From the NCBI GenBank assembly GCA_951406725.2, contig OX597824.1, positions 69,378,001-69,442,000 of the forward strand: DNA of 64,000 nucleotides, read 5' to 3'. The notes below the pieces were generated by a model that was given only the letters and a program-made list of their open reading frames with translations, made no database searches and had not been told where the DNA came from. The translations under genes were made by a program, and so were the position numbers. Positions 13,500 to 27,133 of this stretch are shown piece by piece (within the stretch, counting starts at the first letter, position 1; every line of letters starts with the position of its first letter). The DNA is from Octopus vulgaris. Lineage: Eukaryota.

Positions 13500-14184
13500 C
13501 AACATTTTAACTTACAAATTCTGTAGCACCAACAACGACATTAACAAGTCCATCACCACCAATACTAATACCAATACCACCGCAACCACTATCATACCAG
13601 CACCAGCACAAACAGCATCGTCACTCACACCATCAACTTCCCACCACAACTACCACCAACACCATTACTACCACCATCACTAACACCCCCAACACAGACA
13701 TAGATACTACCACCAACACAACCACCACTATAACCCCACCATCAAAACCACCACCATCACCACAACCACCACCACCACCACCACCACCACCACCACTACA
13801 ACCACTACTACTACCTCCAGTACTACCACTCCACAACTACCACCACCACTGCTACCGCTGGCAAGACCACCACCGAAACATCACTAACCCCACTATCGTC
13901 ACCAAATCCCCCACCAATACCACCATGGCCACTACTACTAATGCTGCAACTACTACTAATGCTACTGCTACCATTAGCACCACCATAACAATCACCACCA
14001 TAGCAATTCCACGCCTGCTAACACCATACCACAACCACCACCACCATCACCACCACCACCACCACCACTACTACCACCCCCACTACTTCTACCACCGCTA
14101 CAAATACCACTTCTACCGCTGGCAAGACCACCACTACTACTACTGCTACTACTACTGCTACTACTACTGCTACTACTACTACTC

Positions 14185-14227
<43 letters not shown>

Positions 14228-14500
14228 TACTACCATTGGTACCACTAATGGTAGTAGTAGAACCATCACTGCCACCACCACCACCACCACCATTGCCACA
14301 TTCCCACCAGTACCACCAACGACAACGCCGCCACAACCACTAGCGCCAGCAGCACCAATGATTTTGGTACTATCACTGCCATTACGCCTCAACCACTCCG
14401 AACGAGGCCAGCAATACCACCACCACCACCACCACCACCACCGTCACCGCGTCAACAACAACAAGAACAACAACAACAACTGGCACCACAACAACCACAA
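13500..14500. repeat. Compound (ACC)n/(ACT)n/(AAC)n trinucleotide low-complexity tract
   Basis: Directly visible. Confidence 0.9.
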
Positions 14501-14786
14501 AAAAACCGGCAATCAGTGCCGCCACTAAAATCCTCATTTAGCGCCATTAAATATGAATACATTATCGAGACCCGGCTTTATTCGCTTCTGTCTTTGACAG
14601 TCAAAGACACGAGCAAGATGTTTTAATTGGAACGATTTCAGGGAGCAGCAAGGATGTGAAAGGGAGGGCAATGGAATGGGTAATCTGCCATCAGCAAAGG
14701 TAGAGCACTCTCTATCTACCCATGATCTTTTAAGTTCCTCCTCCCTGTAAAAATATATATACATATACATACATACATACATACAC

Positions 14787-14817
<31 letters not shown>

Positions 14818-14818
14818 C

Positions 14819-14945
<127 letters not shown>

Positions 14946-15287
14946 GTCTTTTTCTTCTGTATGTATACGATTTTTTTGAGTGTCTTTACATGAGACTTTT
15001 GAGAGGTTTTTATAGTTTTCTATAGGCGAGAGAGGGAAGCGAAATTCTCAGTTATCTTGTTGTGTATTCATATTTTTAATGTCAAAATTGTGATGCTTTT
15101 ATTTTTATGACGATGTTGTTATTGTTGTTGTCGCTGGTGTCAGTGATGGTAGCAGTGGTGGAGGTGGTGGTGGTGGTGATGGTGGTGGTGGTGGTGACGG
15201 TGGTGGTGGCAGCGGTGGTTGCGGTGGTGTTATTCTAGCAGCTGTTTTTATTAAAAATGACATATATACACGTGGATAGTTAGATAA

Positions 15288-15323
<36 letters not shown>

Positions 15324-15432
15324 GTATTCTTTTAAGAAGAATTCAAATAATTAAGGAATATAACATGTACAAACATATATCTACATACAGATAGATAATT
15401 ATATATATTCATACATATATGCATATATACAT

Positions 15433-15537
<105 letters not shown>

Positions 15538-16042
15538 TATATATACATATATATATATATCACGTACATGCATGCATTATGGGAAGTATGACTTCTCTGA
15601 AGGAACAAACACATGCACACACAGCCACACACTCACACAAATGCACAAACACACACGCACATAGACATACATACACACACATTTGCATACACAGACATAA
15701 TTATTTATTTAGACCACTTTCAACACGCCACCAACGTCACCACCGCCATCAGCCGTCGTTCATTATACATTTTCCTACTTTTTTCTTCATTATACATTTT
15801 TTTTCCTCAAAACTAAATAGCAATACATTAGAGACAAGTGACGACGATAGAGGGAAGACACTAAACTCCCCGTCCATACTCCATCCATGCCAATCCATCA
15901 AAAACCGATTTCATTACTCGGCAAAGTCCTTCTTCCCTCCCTTCACTCATTCCCCCCAAAAATGCCGTCTCCACATCACACCCCGCTCTGACAGTACTTC
16001 CACCTATCCCTAATACATATGCATATATATGTACATACATGC

Positions 16043-16073
<31 letters not shown>

Positions 16074-16254
16074 GCCTATATATAAAGCGCACGTACATAA
16101 ATGCATGCACGCACGTTCAGCAAAGACGTCGCGGAAACTCTGGCAGCGCGCGAAGTTTCCACTTAAAGATGATATGATGACTGTCTACACATCATCATAA
16201 TGAATGACGTTCGGTCGTTTCCGCCCGTTAGCGGATGATATCGGGAGGACACGT

Positions 16255-16298
<44 letters not shown>

Positions 16299-16327
16299 CA
16301 CGCACAAACATCCATACATCTATGTAT

Positions 16328-16368
<41 letters not shown>

Positions 16369-17065
16369 ATATATGAATATATAAATGTATGTAAATAGAT
16401 ATATATATATATATGTATTTATATATATATATGTGTGTGTGTGTGTATATGTGTGTTTGTATGTATATATATATATTTGTATGTGTGTGTATATTCGTGT
16501 GTGTTTGTGTTTGTGTGCGTGTGTGTGTGTGCGTGTATGTGTGTGTATGTGTGTCTCTGTGTGTGTGTCTGTCTGTCTGTGTGTGTGTGTGTGTGTGTAT
16601 AAGTACATAATGTTTTTTCTCGTGGCATTTCATTCTGTGATTTATAGTTTCATGTCAGTTTTTTACTTTTTTGTATAACGGTTTTCGTTTGTCTCTAAAT
16701 ATTTCTCCCGTGTTTCGTTAATTGCGCGTGTTTACACACACACACTCATACACATACAAACACACACACACACACATGCACACACAAACATATACGCGTG
16801 TGTGTGAATGTGTGTATGTGTGTGTGTTATACATCATGATGTATATAATACGTATTGCACATAATATATTAATATATAATACACACACAATTATTTCTAT
16901 ATTCGATTTTGTATATTATATTGATATATTCCATTATCTGCTTATATATTCCTAATAATATATATATATTTTTTTATATCTATTTTATTACATATTGTTC
17001 ATGTTCATATATTTAATAGTTTGTTTCATGTTTTACATATTATTTTCTTATATATTTTATGTAAC

Positions 17066-17160
<95 letters not shown>

Positions 17161-17249
17161 CATTATTATTATTATTAATATTGTTATTATTATTATTATT
17201 ATTATTATTGTGGTGGTGGTGGTGGTGGTGGTGTTTGCTGGTATTACCA

Positions 17250-18225
17250 AGGCTTCGTACTCACGGAATCGTTAAAACGTCGGATGGAAAGCTTAGCGAT
17301 ATTTCGCCCGTCTTTTCGTTCAGAGTTCAAATTCCGTCCGGATTGACTTTCCTTTTCATCAAATTGGAATCGATAAAATAAATTCCCAGTTCAGCACTGA
17401 TATCAATGTAATTGACTAGCTCCGTAAATTGCAGACCTTGTAGAAAGGACTATTAAGGCGGCGAGCTGGCAGAAACGTTAGCACGCCGGGTGAAATGCGT
17501 AGCCGTATTTCGTCTGACGTTACGTTCTGAGTTCAAATTCTGCCGAGGTCGACTTTGCCTGTCATCCTTTCGGGGTTGATTAAATAATTACCAGTTACGC
17601 ACTGGGGTCGATATAATCGACTTAATCCGTTTGACTGTCCTTGATTGTCCCCTCTGTGTTTAGACCCTTGTGGGTAGTAAAGAAATAGGTATTTCGTCTG
17701 CAGCTACGTTCTGAGTTCAAATTCCACCGAGGTCGATTCTGCCTTTCATCCTTTGGAGGTCGATAAACTATGTTCCACTCACGCAGTGGGGTTGATCTAA
17801 TCGACTTTCTTCCTTCCCCAAATTTCAGGCCGTGCGCCTATAGTAGAAAGGATTCCATAACTTAAATGACCACCGACTTTGCTTTTCATCCTTTCGGTAT
17901 CGATAAATTAAGTACCACTTGTGTACTGGGGTCAATCTAATCGACTGCCGTCCCCCCTCCCCAAAAAAGTTTGGGCCTTGTACCTATAGTAGAAAAAGAT
18001 TATTTTTTAGGAGCTTCCAGAATTATTATCACACCGGGCGAAATGCTTGGCGGTATTTTGTCAGCCTTCACGTTCTGCTTCCAAATTCCGCCGAAGTCGA
18101 CTTTGCCTTTCATCCTATCGGGATCGATGAAATAAGTACCAGCTGAACACCGGGGTCGATGTAATCGATTTACCCCGTCCCTGCAATTTTCAGGCCTTGT
18201 GCCTATAGCAGAAATGATTATTTAG
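17250..18225 (+). mobile_element. Head-to-tail cluster of ~5 SINE family A copies and fragments
   Basis: Repeated GTTCAAATTCC...CTTTCATCCTTTCGGGGTCGATAAA blocks at ~17325, 17530, 17715, 17880 and 18080. The copy at 17457-17690 is full length. Confidence 0.8.
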
Positions 18226-18717
18226 TGGTCATAGTTTGTGTGCTTTATTGCTAAGCAATAAAGCATCTCTAAGGTTTTTACGGTCTTTGACTAAGTGCCG
18301 TGTTTATTTGTCTTGGATTCGTGGTTTTTAATCAGATGTCTGTACAGTACGTAATATGTGCCTTGTGCTTGGCAGTGATATTTTCTATGTGTTGCACATA
18401 TTTGTAATTTCTTGTATTTTCGCTATTTATTCGTCAATGTTTTTGCTTTAACTTTTTTCAAAAGTACGTCTTGTAGCTGGTTCCCTCGTGAGACCTGGCG
18501 CCAGCGGAAGAGAGACGCAGATCCGTCCAGTAAAGGAAACGACTGGAAGCATCGGGGATGTTGGCAGCCTTTATCTTTCGAAGTAAGAAACCGAAGAAAC
18601 TGACCGCTCCTCTCCCGATCAGAGGCGACCGCATCGCAGGACAAAATAGCAAGAAATGCACGGTGCCAAGTAGGCCACCTTTGGTAAGCAAACCTGGGGA
18701 TGAAGGAATTATATTGA

Positions 18718-18911
18718 CTTTTCATTCTTTTATTCTTATATTCTTACATTAGTTCCAGTCATTTGACTCCAGCCATGCTGGATCACCACCTTTAGTCGAA
18801 CAGATTGGCCCCAGGACTTATTCTTGGTAAGCCCAATACTTATTCTATCTGTCTTTTTCGCCGAACCGCTAAGTTACGCTGACGTAAACACACCAACATG
18901 GGTTGTCAAGC
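18718..18911 (-). mobile_element. SINE family B 3' half
   Basis: CGCCGAACCGCTAAGTTACG and CAGTCATTTGACT match family B in reverse. Confidence 0.75.
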
Positions 18912-19028
18912 GTAGGCTCGACACGTAAAAGACTTTCTCACATCCGAAGCGTGAAACTAATACATCTGTTTGCTGTTTACATACCCGTTTTCGCCTTTCA
19001 TTTGTCTTTTTTTTGTAAATTCTCATAG

Positions 19029-19100
<72 letters not shown>

Positions 19101-19824
19101 CACGTATATATATATACATGCATATGCGTATATATATATATACACACACACACATATATATATATACACACACATATATATATATACACACACACAGACA
19201 CACACACACACAACACATACACAGACGAAGATAAAGACGAACATATATGATCTCAGGCAATGATGTTTAAAGACAGAAAGACAAAGTAATTAGCAACGAT
19301 GTTAGAGAAGTGTTTATAATGTACTTAAGTCTCCTATTTCAATGAACCAGATACTCCTCGTATCATCTTCCTTGCTTAAGTATGCACACATGTATATTTA
19401 CAGATATATAACACACTTACACACACACACACACACGCACGTATATACATACATGTTGTGGGGTCACTAATTATCGTTCAGACCTATCCTTGCCTTTGCT
19501 GGCTCCGCAGTTGGACTGACTATCAATCATTCAATCAAGAAAATTATTCCTATAATCTAAACGGAAATAGAATGCGCCTGCGCTGACAGAGTTACAGGTT
19601 TTATAATCGTGCACATAAATGTTCACATGGCTTACATAGCTCACATATGCACATGAAGATGCGCACGCATTTATGCACACTCACTCACACACACACAATA
19701 TCATGCACACATATATGTGTAAATATGAATGTATCTCATTTCTCTACCTCTCTTTCGTTCTATTCAAGAGTAGTTAATTCTTATTTCTTGCAATATAAAT
19801 ACTTCGGCATCCTCAGGTTACAAT

Positions 19825-20087
19825 TAAATATAAAAATAAATGCACCCTTTTAAAGCCTAGCCAAGTTCATGGGCCCGGTTTCCCGGTTTCTATGGCGTAT
19901 GTGTTCCCCAGCTGGATGGGACGCCAGTCCATCGCAGCGTTACACATTTTTGCCAGCTGAGTGAACTGGAGCAACGTGAAGTGAAGTGTTTTGCTCAAGA
20001 ACACAACGCATCGCCCGGTCCAGGAATCGAAACCACAATCTAACGATCATGATGCTGACACATAACCACTAAGCCACGCGCCTCCAC
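19825..20087 (-). mobile_element. tRNA-derived SINE family D with V-domain-like segment; 11-bp TSD
   Basis: Minus strand head GTGGAGGCGCGTGGCTTAGTGG..GGTTTCGATTCC and internal GCTGCGATGGACTGGCGTCCCATCCAG. TSD CTCAGGTTACA at 19812-19822 and 20087-20097. A tail fragment also occurs at ~11420-11490. Confidence 0.8.
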
Positions 20088-20206
20088 TCAGGTTACATTT
20101 AGTGACGATAATTTTTTTTCTTTATGATATTATATTGCACCTAGCTGTGCATATTAATTTAAACCCCCCCCCCCCCCCATATAAATATATATATATATAT
20201 ATATTT

Positions 20207-20237
<31 letters not shown>

Positions 20238-20241
20238 ACAG

Positions 20242-20439
20242 AGAGTAAAGATTATTTGCCTACATAATGTGGCAGTCAAGGTTAGGACGATTGTTACTGT
20301 TATTTAGCTCCAGGAAGCGTCGTCTCCATCGATAGTGTGTCGTTTAGCCAGCTGGGGGTGATGTTTCCTGGGGCTAAATAATAGTAACCATCGACCTAAA
20401 AAGGACTGTCACATTACGTTGGCAAACAATCTTTACTCT
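20242..20439. mobile_element. Internally deleted fold-back element of the same family as 1656-2031
   Basis: AGAGTAAAGATTATTTGCC.../...GGCAAACAATCTTTACTCT inverted arms. Shares GATGTTTCCTGGGGCTAAATAA(C/T)AGTAAC with 1948-1976. Confidence 0.75.
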
Positions 20440-20494
20440 AGAGTACTGTTACTGAATGTCTCTCGTTCCTGAGATTTAAAAATAATAATTTCAT

Positions 20495-20645
<151 letters not shown>

Positions 20646-20656
20646 TAGATTGATAT

Positions 20657-20743
<87 letters not shown>

Positions 20744-21061
20744 TATTAAATTTGTTTATGGGAAACATATATACAAATAAAGGTTCTATTCTATCATGTC
20801 GGGCACAGTCTAATGGTAAAAAGGGTTAAACATACCCCTGTTGTACATCCATTAATGTGATATCGCCTGCAGAAAAGAATCCATGAAGATGATCAACTTC
20901 ATGCCCACGGACACTACAGACACTACAGACTTCATTGTAATCATCCCAGGAATAAGGACTGTGATCTTAAGAGACAGGTTATTTGTGGAAACACGTGTAG
21001 TGATGCATTAAATGTTTATAAATTCCATCCAAGAATTATTGTCATTATTATTATTATTATC

Positions 21062-21552
21062 ATATGAAAACTCACAGCTTATTTTGCTGGGTATGATAGA
21101 AAGTATCGGCTGTCCACAGCCAGCAGATTAAGGTGACACTTGTTTACTGGTCATGCTTCAAGAACTCTGCGAAGAATTCTTGCGGTTCCAAGCAATACTG
21201 ATTTTTATAGGTATACTACCTTCATACTTGTTCAGATCTTTTTCAGCCATGTTGGTAATTGAGTGCTGATACTTCCAAGTGCACCAATTACTATTGGCAT
21301 TGCATCTACTCTCCTCTTTGACCACAACCTTCGTATTTCCCACTTCAAATCGTCATAGTTGTTCACTTTTATTTCTTTCACATTGTTGCTGTTGTCACCA
21401 GGGCATGCTATGTCGATTATGAGACATATTCTTTCATTTTTATTCACCTTAACAATATCCAGTTTCCGATGTCTGGTCGGGTGATCGCATAGATCATTCC
21501 ATCCCACAGGATTGTGCAATACTTATTTTCGGTGAACCCTTCTGGAATTTGC
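21062..21552 (-). pseudogene. R4/Dong-like non-LTR retrotransposon 3' fragment (RLE endonuclease)
   Basis: ORF 21232-21519: RKLDIVKVNKNERICLIIDIACPGD...YDDLKWEIRRLW...PIVIGALGSI (PD-(D/E)xK-type RLE). Short (TTA)n runs at both ends. Confidence 0.8.
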
Positions 21553-21866
21553 TTATTATTACCTCCGCGAATTTGAACTAAGAACGTAAAGACAGACGAA
21601 ATACCGCTAAGCATTTCACCCGGCGTACTAACGTTTCTGCCACCTCGCGGCCTTCTATCTATCTGTATTTAAAGTTAAATATATATATATATAACGTAAG
21701 GGGGATCAGCCATCTGAATGTGGCTAGGGACAGGGCGGGGTGGTGGGGGTGTTACTGATGCTTTTAGCCCCAGGCGATCATCAAAGTCACCAGAAGGACC
21801 GACACCATATCGGTGTCATTGTTAGCCTGTAAAGGGAGATCAGCCTCCCCGAAGATACGGATACTA

Positions 21867-21909
21867 CATACGGACCGGTTTCGAGGTAATTGCCTCTTAT
21901 CAACGCATG
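21867..21909 (-). ncRNA. Type I hammerhead ribozyme, U3:A8 core variant
   Basis: Minus strand: CAUGCG-UUGAUAA-GAGG caauua CCUC-GAAA-CCGG-UC-CGUAUG. Confidence 0.75.
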
Positions 21910-22161
21910 GTAAGCACCGTTCTTCGATGAGGGACTCTCTCTACAGGCTGCATATATAAGGATTTTCACAGTAACCACCGTCACTGATATAGAAAAACCG
22001 TCCGAAAACAATAATAAATCTCTGAACGAGATGTTTATATCTCGTTCAGAGATTTATTATTGTTTTCGGACGGTTTTTCTACATCAGTGACGGTGGTTAC
22101 TGTGAAAAACCTTATATATGTAGCCTGTAGAGGGAATCCTTCATCGAGGAACGGTGCTTAC

Positions 22162-22204
22162 CATACGTTGATAAGAGGCAATGACCTCGAAACCGGTCCG
22201 TATG
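22162..22204 (+). ncRNA. Type I hammerhead ribozyme, U3:A8 core variant
   Basis: CAUACG-UUGAUAA-GAGG caauga CCUC-GAAA-CCGG-UC-CGUAUG: perfect 6-bp stem I, 4-bp stem II, palindromic ACCGGU stem III. Predicted cleavage after C22198. Confidence 0.8.
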
Positions 22205-22421
22205 TAGTATTCGTATCTTCGAGGGAGGATGATCTCCCTTTACAGGCTAACAAGGACACCGATATGGTGTCGGTCCTCCTGGTGACGTTGATGATCGCCT
22301 GGGGCTAAAAGCATCAGTAACACCCCCACCACCCCGTCCTGTCCCTAACCACATTCAGATGGCTGATCCCCCTTAGGTTATAGAGCAGTTACTGTTTATA
22401 TCTCGTTCAGAGATTTATTAT

Positions 22422-22475
<54 letters not shown>

Positions 22476-22503
22476 ATGTGTGCGTGTATGCCTCTCTGCA
22501 CGA

Positions 22504-22595
<92 letters not shown>

Positions 22596-22695
22596 GCATA
22601 TATATATATATATCAATATATATATAAATCAATGTATATGTGTATATATATATACACACATATACATTGATTTATATATATATATGTTGATATGC

Positions 22696-22743
<48 letters not shown>

Positions 22744-22755
22744 CTGTGTGTGTGT

Positions 22756-22821
<66 letters not shown>

Positions 22822-23310
22822 ATGTATGTATGTATATCTGTATGTATACAGAGAAACAGGCATATGCACACGCACGTATCCATACAACTCACCTCTGTTT
22901 AATTAAATTTTATTTCCACTACAATTCTGCAGATTAAATTATTCAAACTGAAGACAATTATTTTGTCAAATCACCATCTTGTTTTATTTCCTGCTTTTAT
23001 TTTCGTATTCATGACGTGACTTTTGACAAATACTATTCACTATTGGTCATTGATAACGTCTCTGCGTAGTTATTTTGTCTGATAGAGATAACAACCAAAT
23101 CTCTCTGAAAACAGTTGTTACCTTCACTATAAAATCAAAGATATTATGATATGACGCCCCAGTTTCACGGAAATATGACAGGCTCATCGTCTTTATTCAC
23201 ATGCTTGCTTGATCTTGGACAAATCTGAAGATAAACCACCACCACAGCAACAACAGTAAATGACAAACAATAACCAGCACTATCAGCGCCAAGCAGTGTT
23301 TAGGCATAAG

Positions 23311-23454
23311 CGAACTTTAGGTTGGTTATAATATGCTTGTGGCATATTTCAAATTCTAAAGACGAATTCATTGCAGTTACCGTGGAGAATGCTGTAAATT
23401 TTCCTTTTGAAGTTGGAATACGTCACAAGCATATTTTAACCAACCTAAAGTTCG
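23311..23454. repeat. 144-bp imperfect hairpin / MITE-like inverted repeat
   Basis: CGAACTTTAGGTTGGTTATAATATGCTTGTG pairs with CACAAGCATATTTTAACCAACCTAAAGTTCG; pairing continues inward. Confidence 0.75.
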
Positions 23455-24148
23455 ATAAACAATAAATAAATCTTTAAGTTGGTCACCGAGCTCTGGAAAT
23501 GACAGTCAAATCTCACTTAAATTACACAGTGTTATCTGAAGAACAAAAGAACATAGCAGTAAAAAGAACAATGAAAACCTCGCTGCATATATATTTATGG
23601 TTAGCGCTTTAACACTTCGTGTGTTCGATATGTACAGCACTGATTTATATTGATTTTCATTCAGGAGGCATTTTCGGTTATTTAATCGCTCCCCTTGCGA
23701 AGTTCACTTTGTTTTTACATTAGCCAGTTTATATGATATCAATTATTGGGGCCACCTTGAATGATTGAAAATCTATTTGCCCCAGTGTTGCAGTGAGCGT
23801 TACATCATTTGCACAATGTGGAGATTATACCACTAGTATTGTCCAAACGATCTTAGCATCAAGTTCACTATTCGCTTAAGGCTACGACACCATGGCATTT
23901 CGCCAACTATTTAAGCTCACAACACAATTCTAATGCAGCACTATTACTTTTCCTCAACAGGCCCTGCTTTATTTAATATAATCCCAAAACAAATCGAAGG
24001 TTAACAAATAAACCACATCCGCCTAAGTATATCTCAGTTAGCAACTCCCAACATGAATGGCCTGTTATACCACAAAACCTGACAAGGAAATGATTTTATC
24101 AGGTAGTGCTATCATTTCATATATTGCTCGGGGCAAATTTGGGCGAAA

Positions 24149-24322
24149 ACATACCCAAGTTTTCACCAAGGTTTTAAATACTGACAATACGAATCCTGTA
24201 TCGTTACACATTCTTTTGTCACTACATTCTTAAGTACATACCCAAGTTTTCACCATGGCATTAAATACTGACTATACGTATCCTGTATCGTTACACATTC
24301 TTTGGTCACTACATTCTTAAGT
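24149..24322. repeat. 87-bp tandem duplication (2 copies)
   Basis: ACATACCCAAGTTTTCACCA...CTACATTCTTAAGT at 24149 and 24236, with a few mismatches. Confidence 0.9.
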
Positions 24323-25400
24323 ACGGCGAAGGCTAAATGATTATAATGAGGTTAGAATAAGGCTGAAACATGTCTTCAGAGTTTACTTCCTTATTTGGTG
24401 CAGAGATGGAGATGATGTAAGTCAGTTACTAATATTATTATTATTTATTATTTTGCTTGATTGAATATTAATTCCTGCTTTGATTTTAATGCTCTCTGTA
24501 TTAATTATGACTATAAAACATTCGATCAAAAATTATTCCTATAATCAAACCGGAAATAGATCGCACCTGAGCTAGCACAGCTGCACACAAATGCTCACGT
24601 ACGCACGCGTATAATGCGTACCCATTCGTTCACACACAGTTAAAAGCAAACCTATATTTGTAAATGTATGTATACGTATACATACATACTATACGTGTGT
24701 GAGTATATATATACAGGCGGGTAGGTTAAAGATATATATATATACGCTACATACAGACATATACATACATACGCGCATACATACACAGGCAGACAATGTT
24801 CAGAATTCCGTGTAATGCGAAGACCATTAAAATCTAAATAGGAATTTAAAATCGGCTATATTTATCTTTAGTTACCTATTTAATGTTCTATACATCAAAT
24901 ATATTAAAACTAAAATATTATTTTCCTTATTACAGTATTTGGTGGTAGTGGTAGTGGTGGTGGTAGTGGTTGTGGAGTGGCGGGGGGGTGTATTAGTGGT
25001 GGTGGGGTATTTATTACACCATCCGATTCCTATATTCTGTTCCTGATTGCAGCGACTGGACTGCGGCTAAGCTGGAGCACATGCATCATGTTTTAATTCC
25101 ATCGCTCTGTTAGTATAGGCGTGTAAAGTGTCCGTTAGGAGAGGGGTATTTCTGTTTGAATTCATCCGTTTAGTTTGTTTCTATTATGAAATATATGCAC
25201 CCATACAGATGCGCATACACATTCACACACACGAACACACACAATTGCACACACACGCACACACAAATACATACATGCATACATATAGATGTGTGTATAT
25301 GCCGATAGATATATACATGCGTGTCACCATACAATACATTTGTTTGTTTGTACTCCACCTGCCTTCATCTTTTGTTTATTTTCGTAAACCTTCTCGTTAT

Positions 25401-25450
<50 letters not shown>

Positions 25451-25456
<6 letters not shown>

Positions 25457-25708
25457 GGCCATTCACCCACTAGAAATAACAGCCAAAGCTTCAACCGCAA
25501 ATAAAAATTAACTCCGTAAACCAGGAGAAAATTTAAAAAACATTTACCTTGTAATTTCTTATACAAAATTACAAAATTACAAAATTACAAAATTACAAAA
25601 GAAATTACAAGGTAAATGTTTTTTAAATTTTCTCCTGGTTTACGGAGTTAATTTTTATTTGCGGTTGAAGCTTTGGCTGTTATTTCTAGTGGGTGAATGG
25701 CCTATTAT
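25451..25708. repeat. Perfect 110-bp inverted repeat with a 38-bp (TACAAAAT)n spacer
   Basis: 25451-25560 is the exact reverse complement of 25599-25708. Confidence 0.9.
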
Positions 25709-25827
25709 GGCCGTTCCTTGATTGTTGATGTTGAACTTAAAAATGGTCTATGACTATTTAATTTTTTCCCACTAGGCCGCTGGTGGCAAAAGAATTCTAC
25801 AAAATTTTTTTTTGCCACCCTATATTG

Positions 25828-25874
<47 letters not shown>

Positions 25875-26139
25875 TAAACTGGCGATATGATTCACCTCCG
25901 ATGCGGTTCGGTGACGTGATGTTGATAAGTCACAAAAATGGCGAAACATCGATGTCCATCTCTCCTGAATGTGATTTGGGATGAGTTGTCTCACCTGTGT
26001 ATGACTTTCAAGTGTTTTAACACCCGGCGCTTTGAGAGAGCAATCTCCACCACGCTAAATCGCAGCCTACCAGCAAATACACAGGTAGTATACGTTAAGT
26101 ATATGCGGTCAGTAATATATATATTTCTTCCAGCCATTC

Positions 26140-26322
26140 CCTACATATTTTTTCTACTTCCGCTCTTTTCGTTCTCCGTTTACTTCCTCTCAATCCTTTA
26201 TTGTCGAAGAGCGTAATCTCGAAACGTCAATGACTTTACCATTTTTCCTGAGAGTTAAACTAAGATACCTGCGCGCTATTCTTCTACCTGTCTTTGTCTT
26301 TTGTTTTCTGTAAATTTGAACT
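26140..26322 (+). mobile_element. ~200-bp Penelope pLTR-like element with a degenerate hammerhead
   Basis: TTGTCGAAGAGCGTAATCTCGAAACGTC at 26201-26228. Homologous to 54135-54345; runs into (TA)n. Confidence 0.6.
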
Positions 26323-26339
26323 ATATATATATACGCCAG

Positions 26340-27076
<737 letters not shown>

Positions 27077-27077
27077 A

Positions 27078-27131
<54 letters not shown>

Positions 27132-27133
<2 letters not shown>

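Larger units (their letters stand above)
21690..22422. mobile_element. ~690-bp fold-back element (343-bp arms, 6-nt loop) plus restart of the unit; hammerhead-bearing, retrozyme/Penelope-like
   Basis: 21690-22032 is an inverted copy of 22039-22382 with scattered substitutions. TGTTTATATCTCGTTCAGAGATTTATTATT occurs at 22032 and again at 22393. Confidence 0.85.

Noticed and set aside
14534-14748. Minus-strand candidate exon after TTTTACAG ([13 protein letters not shown]...)
   Set aside because: No recognisable protein, no clear donor site and no partner exons.
17250-18225. Regularly recurring blocks superficially like a CRISPR array
   Set aside because: They are tandem SINE copies in eukaryotic DNA; no unique spacers or cas genes.
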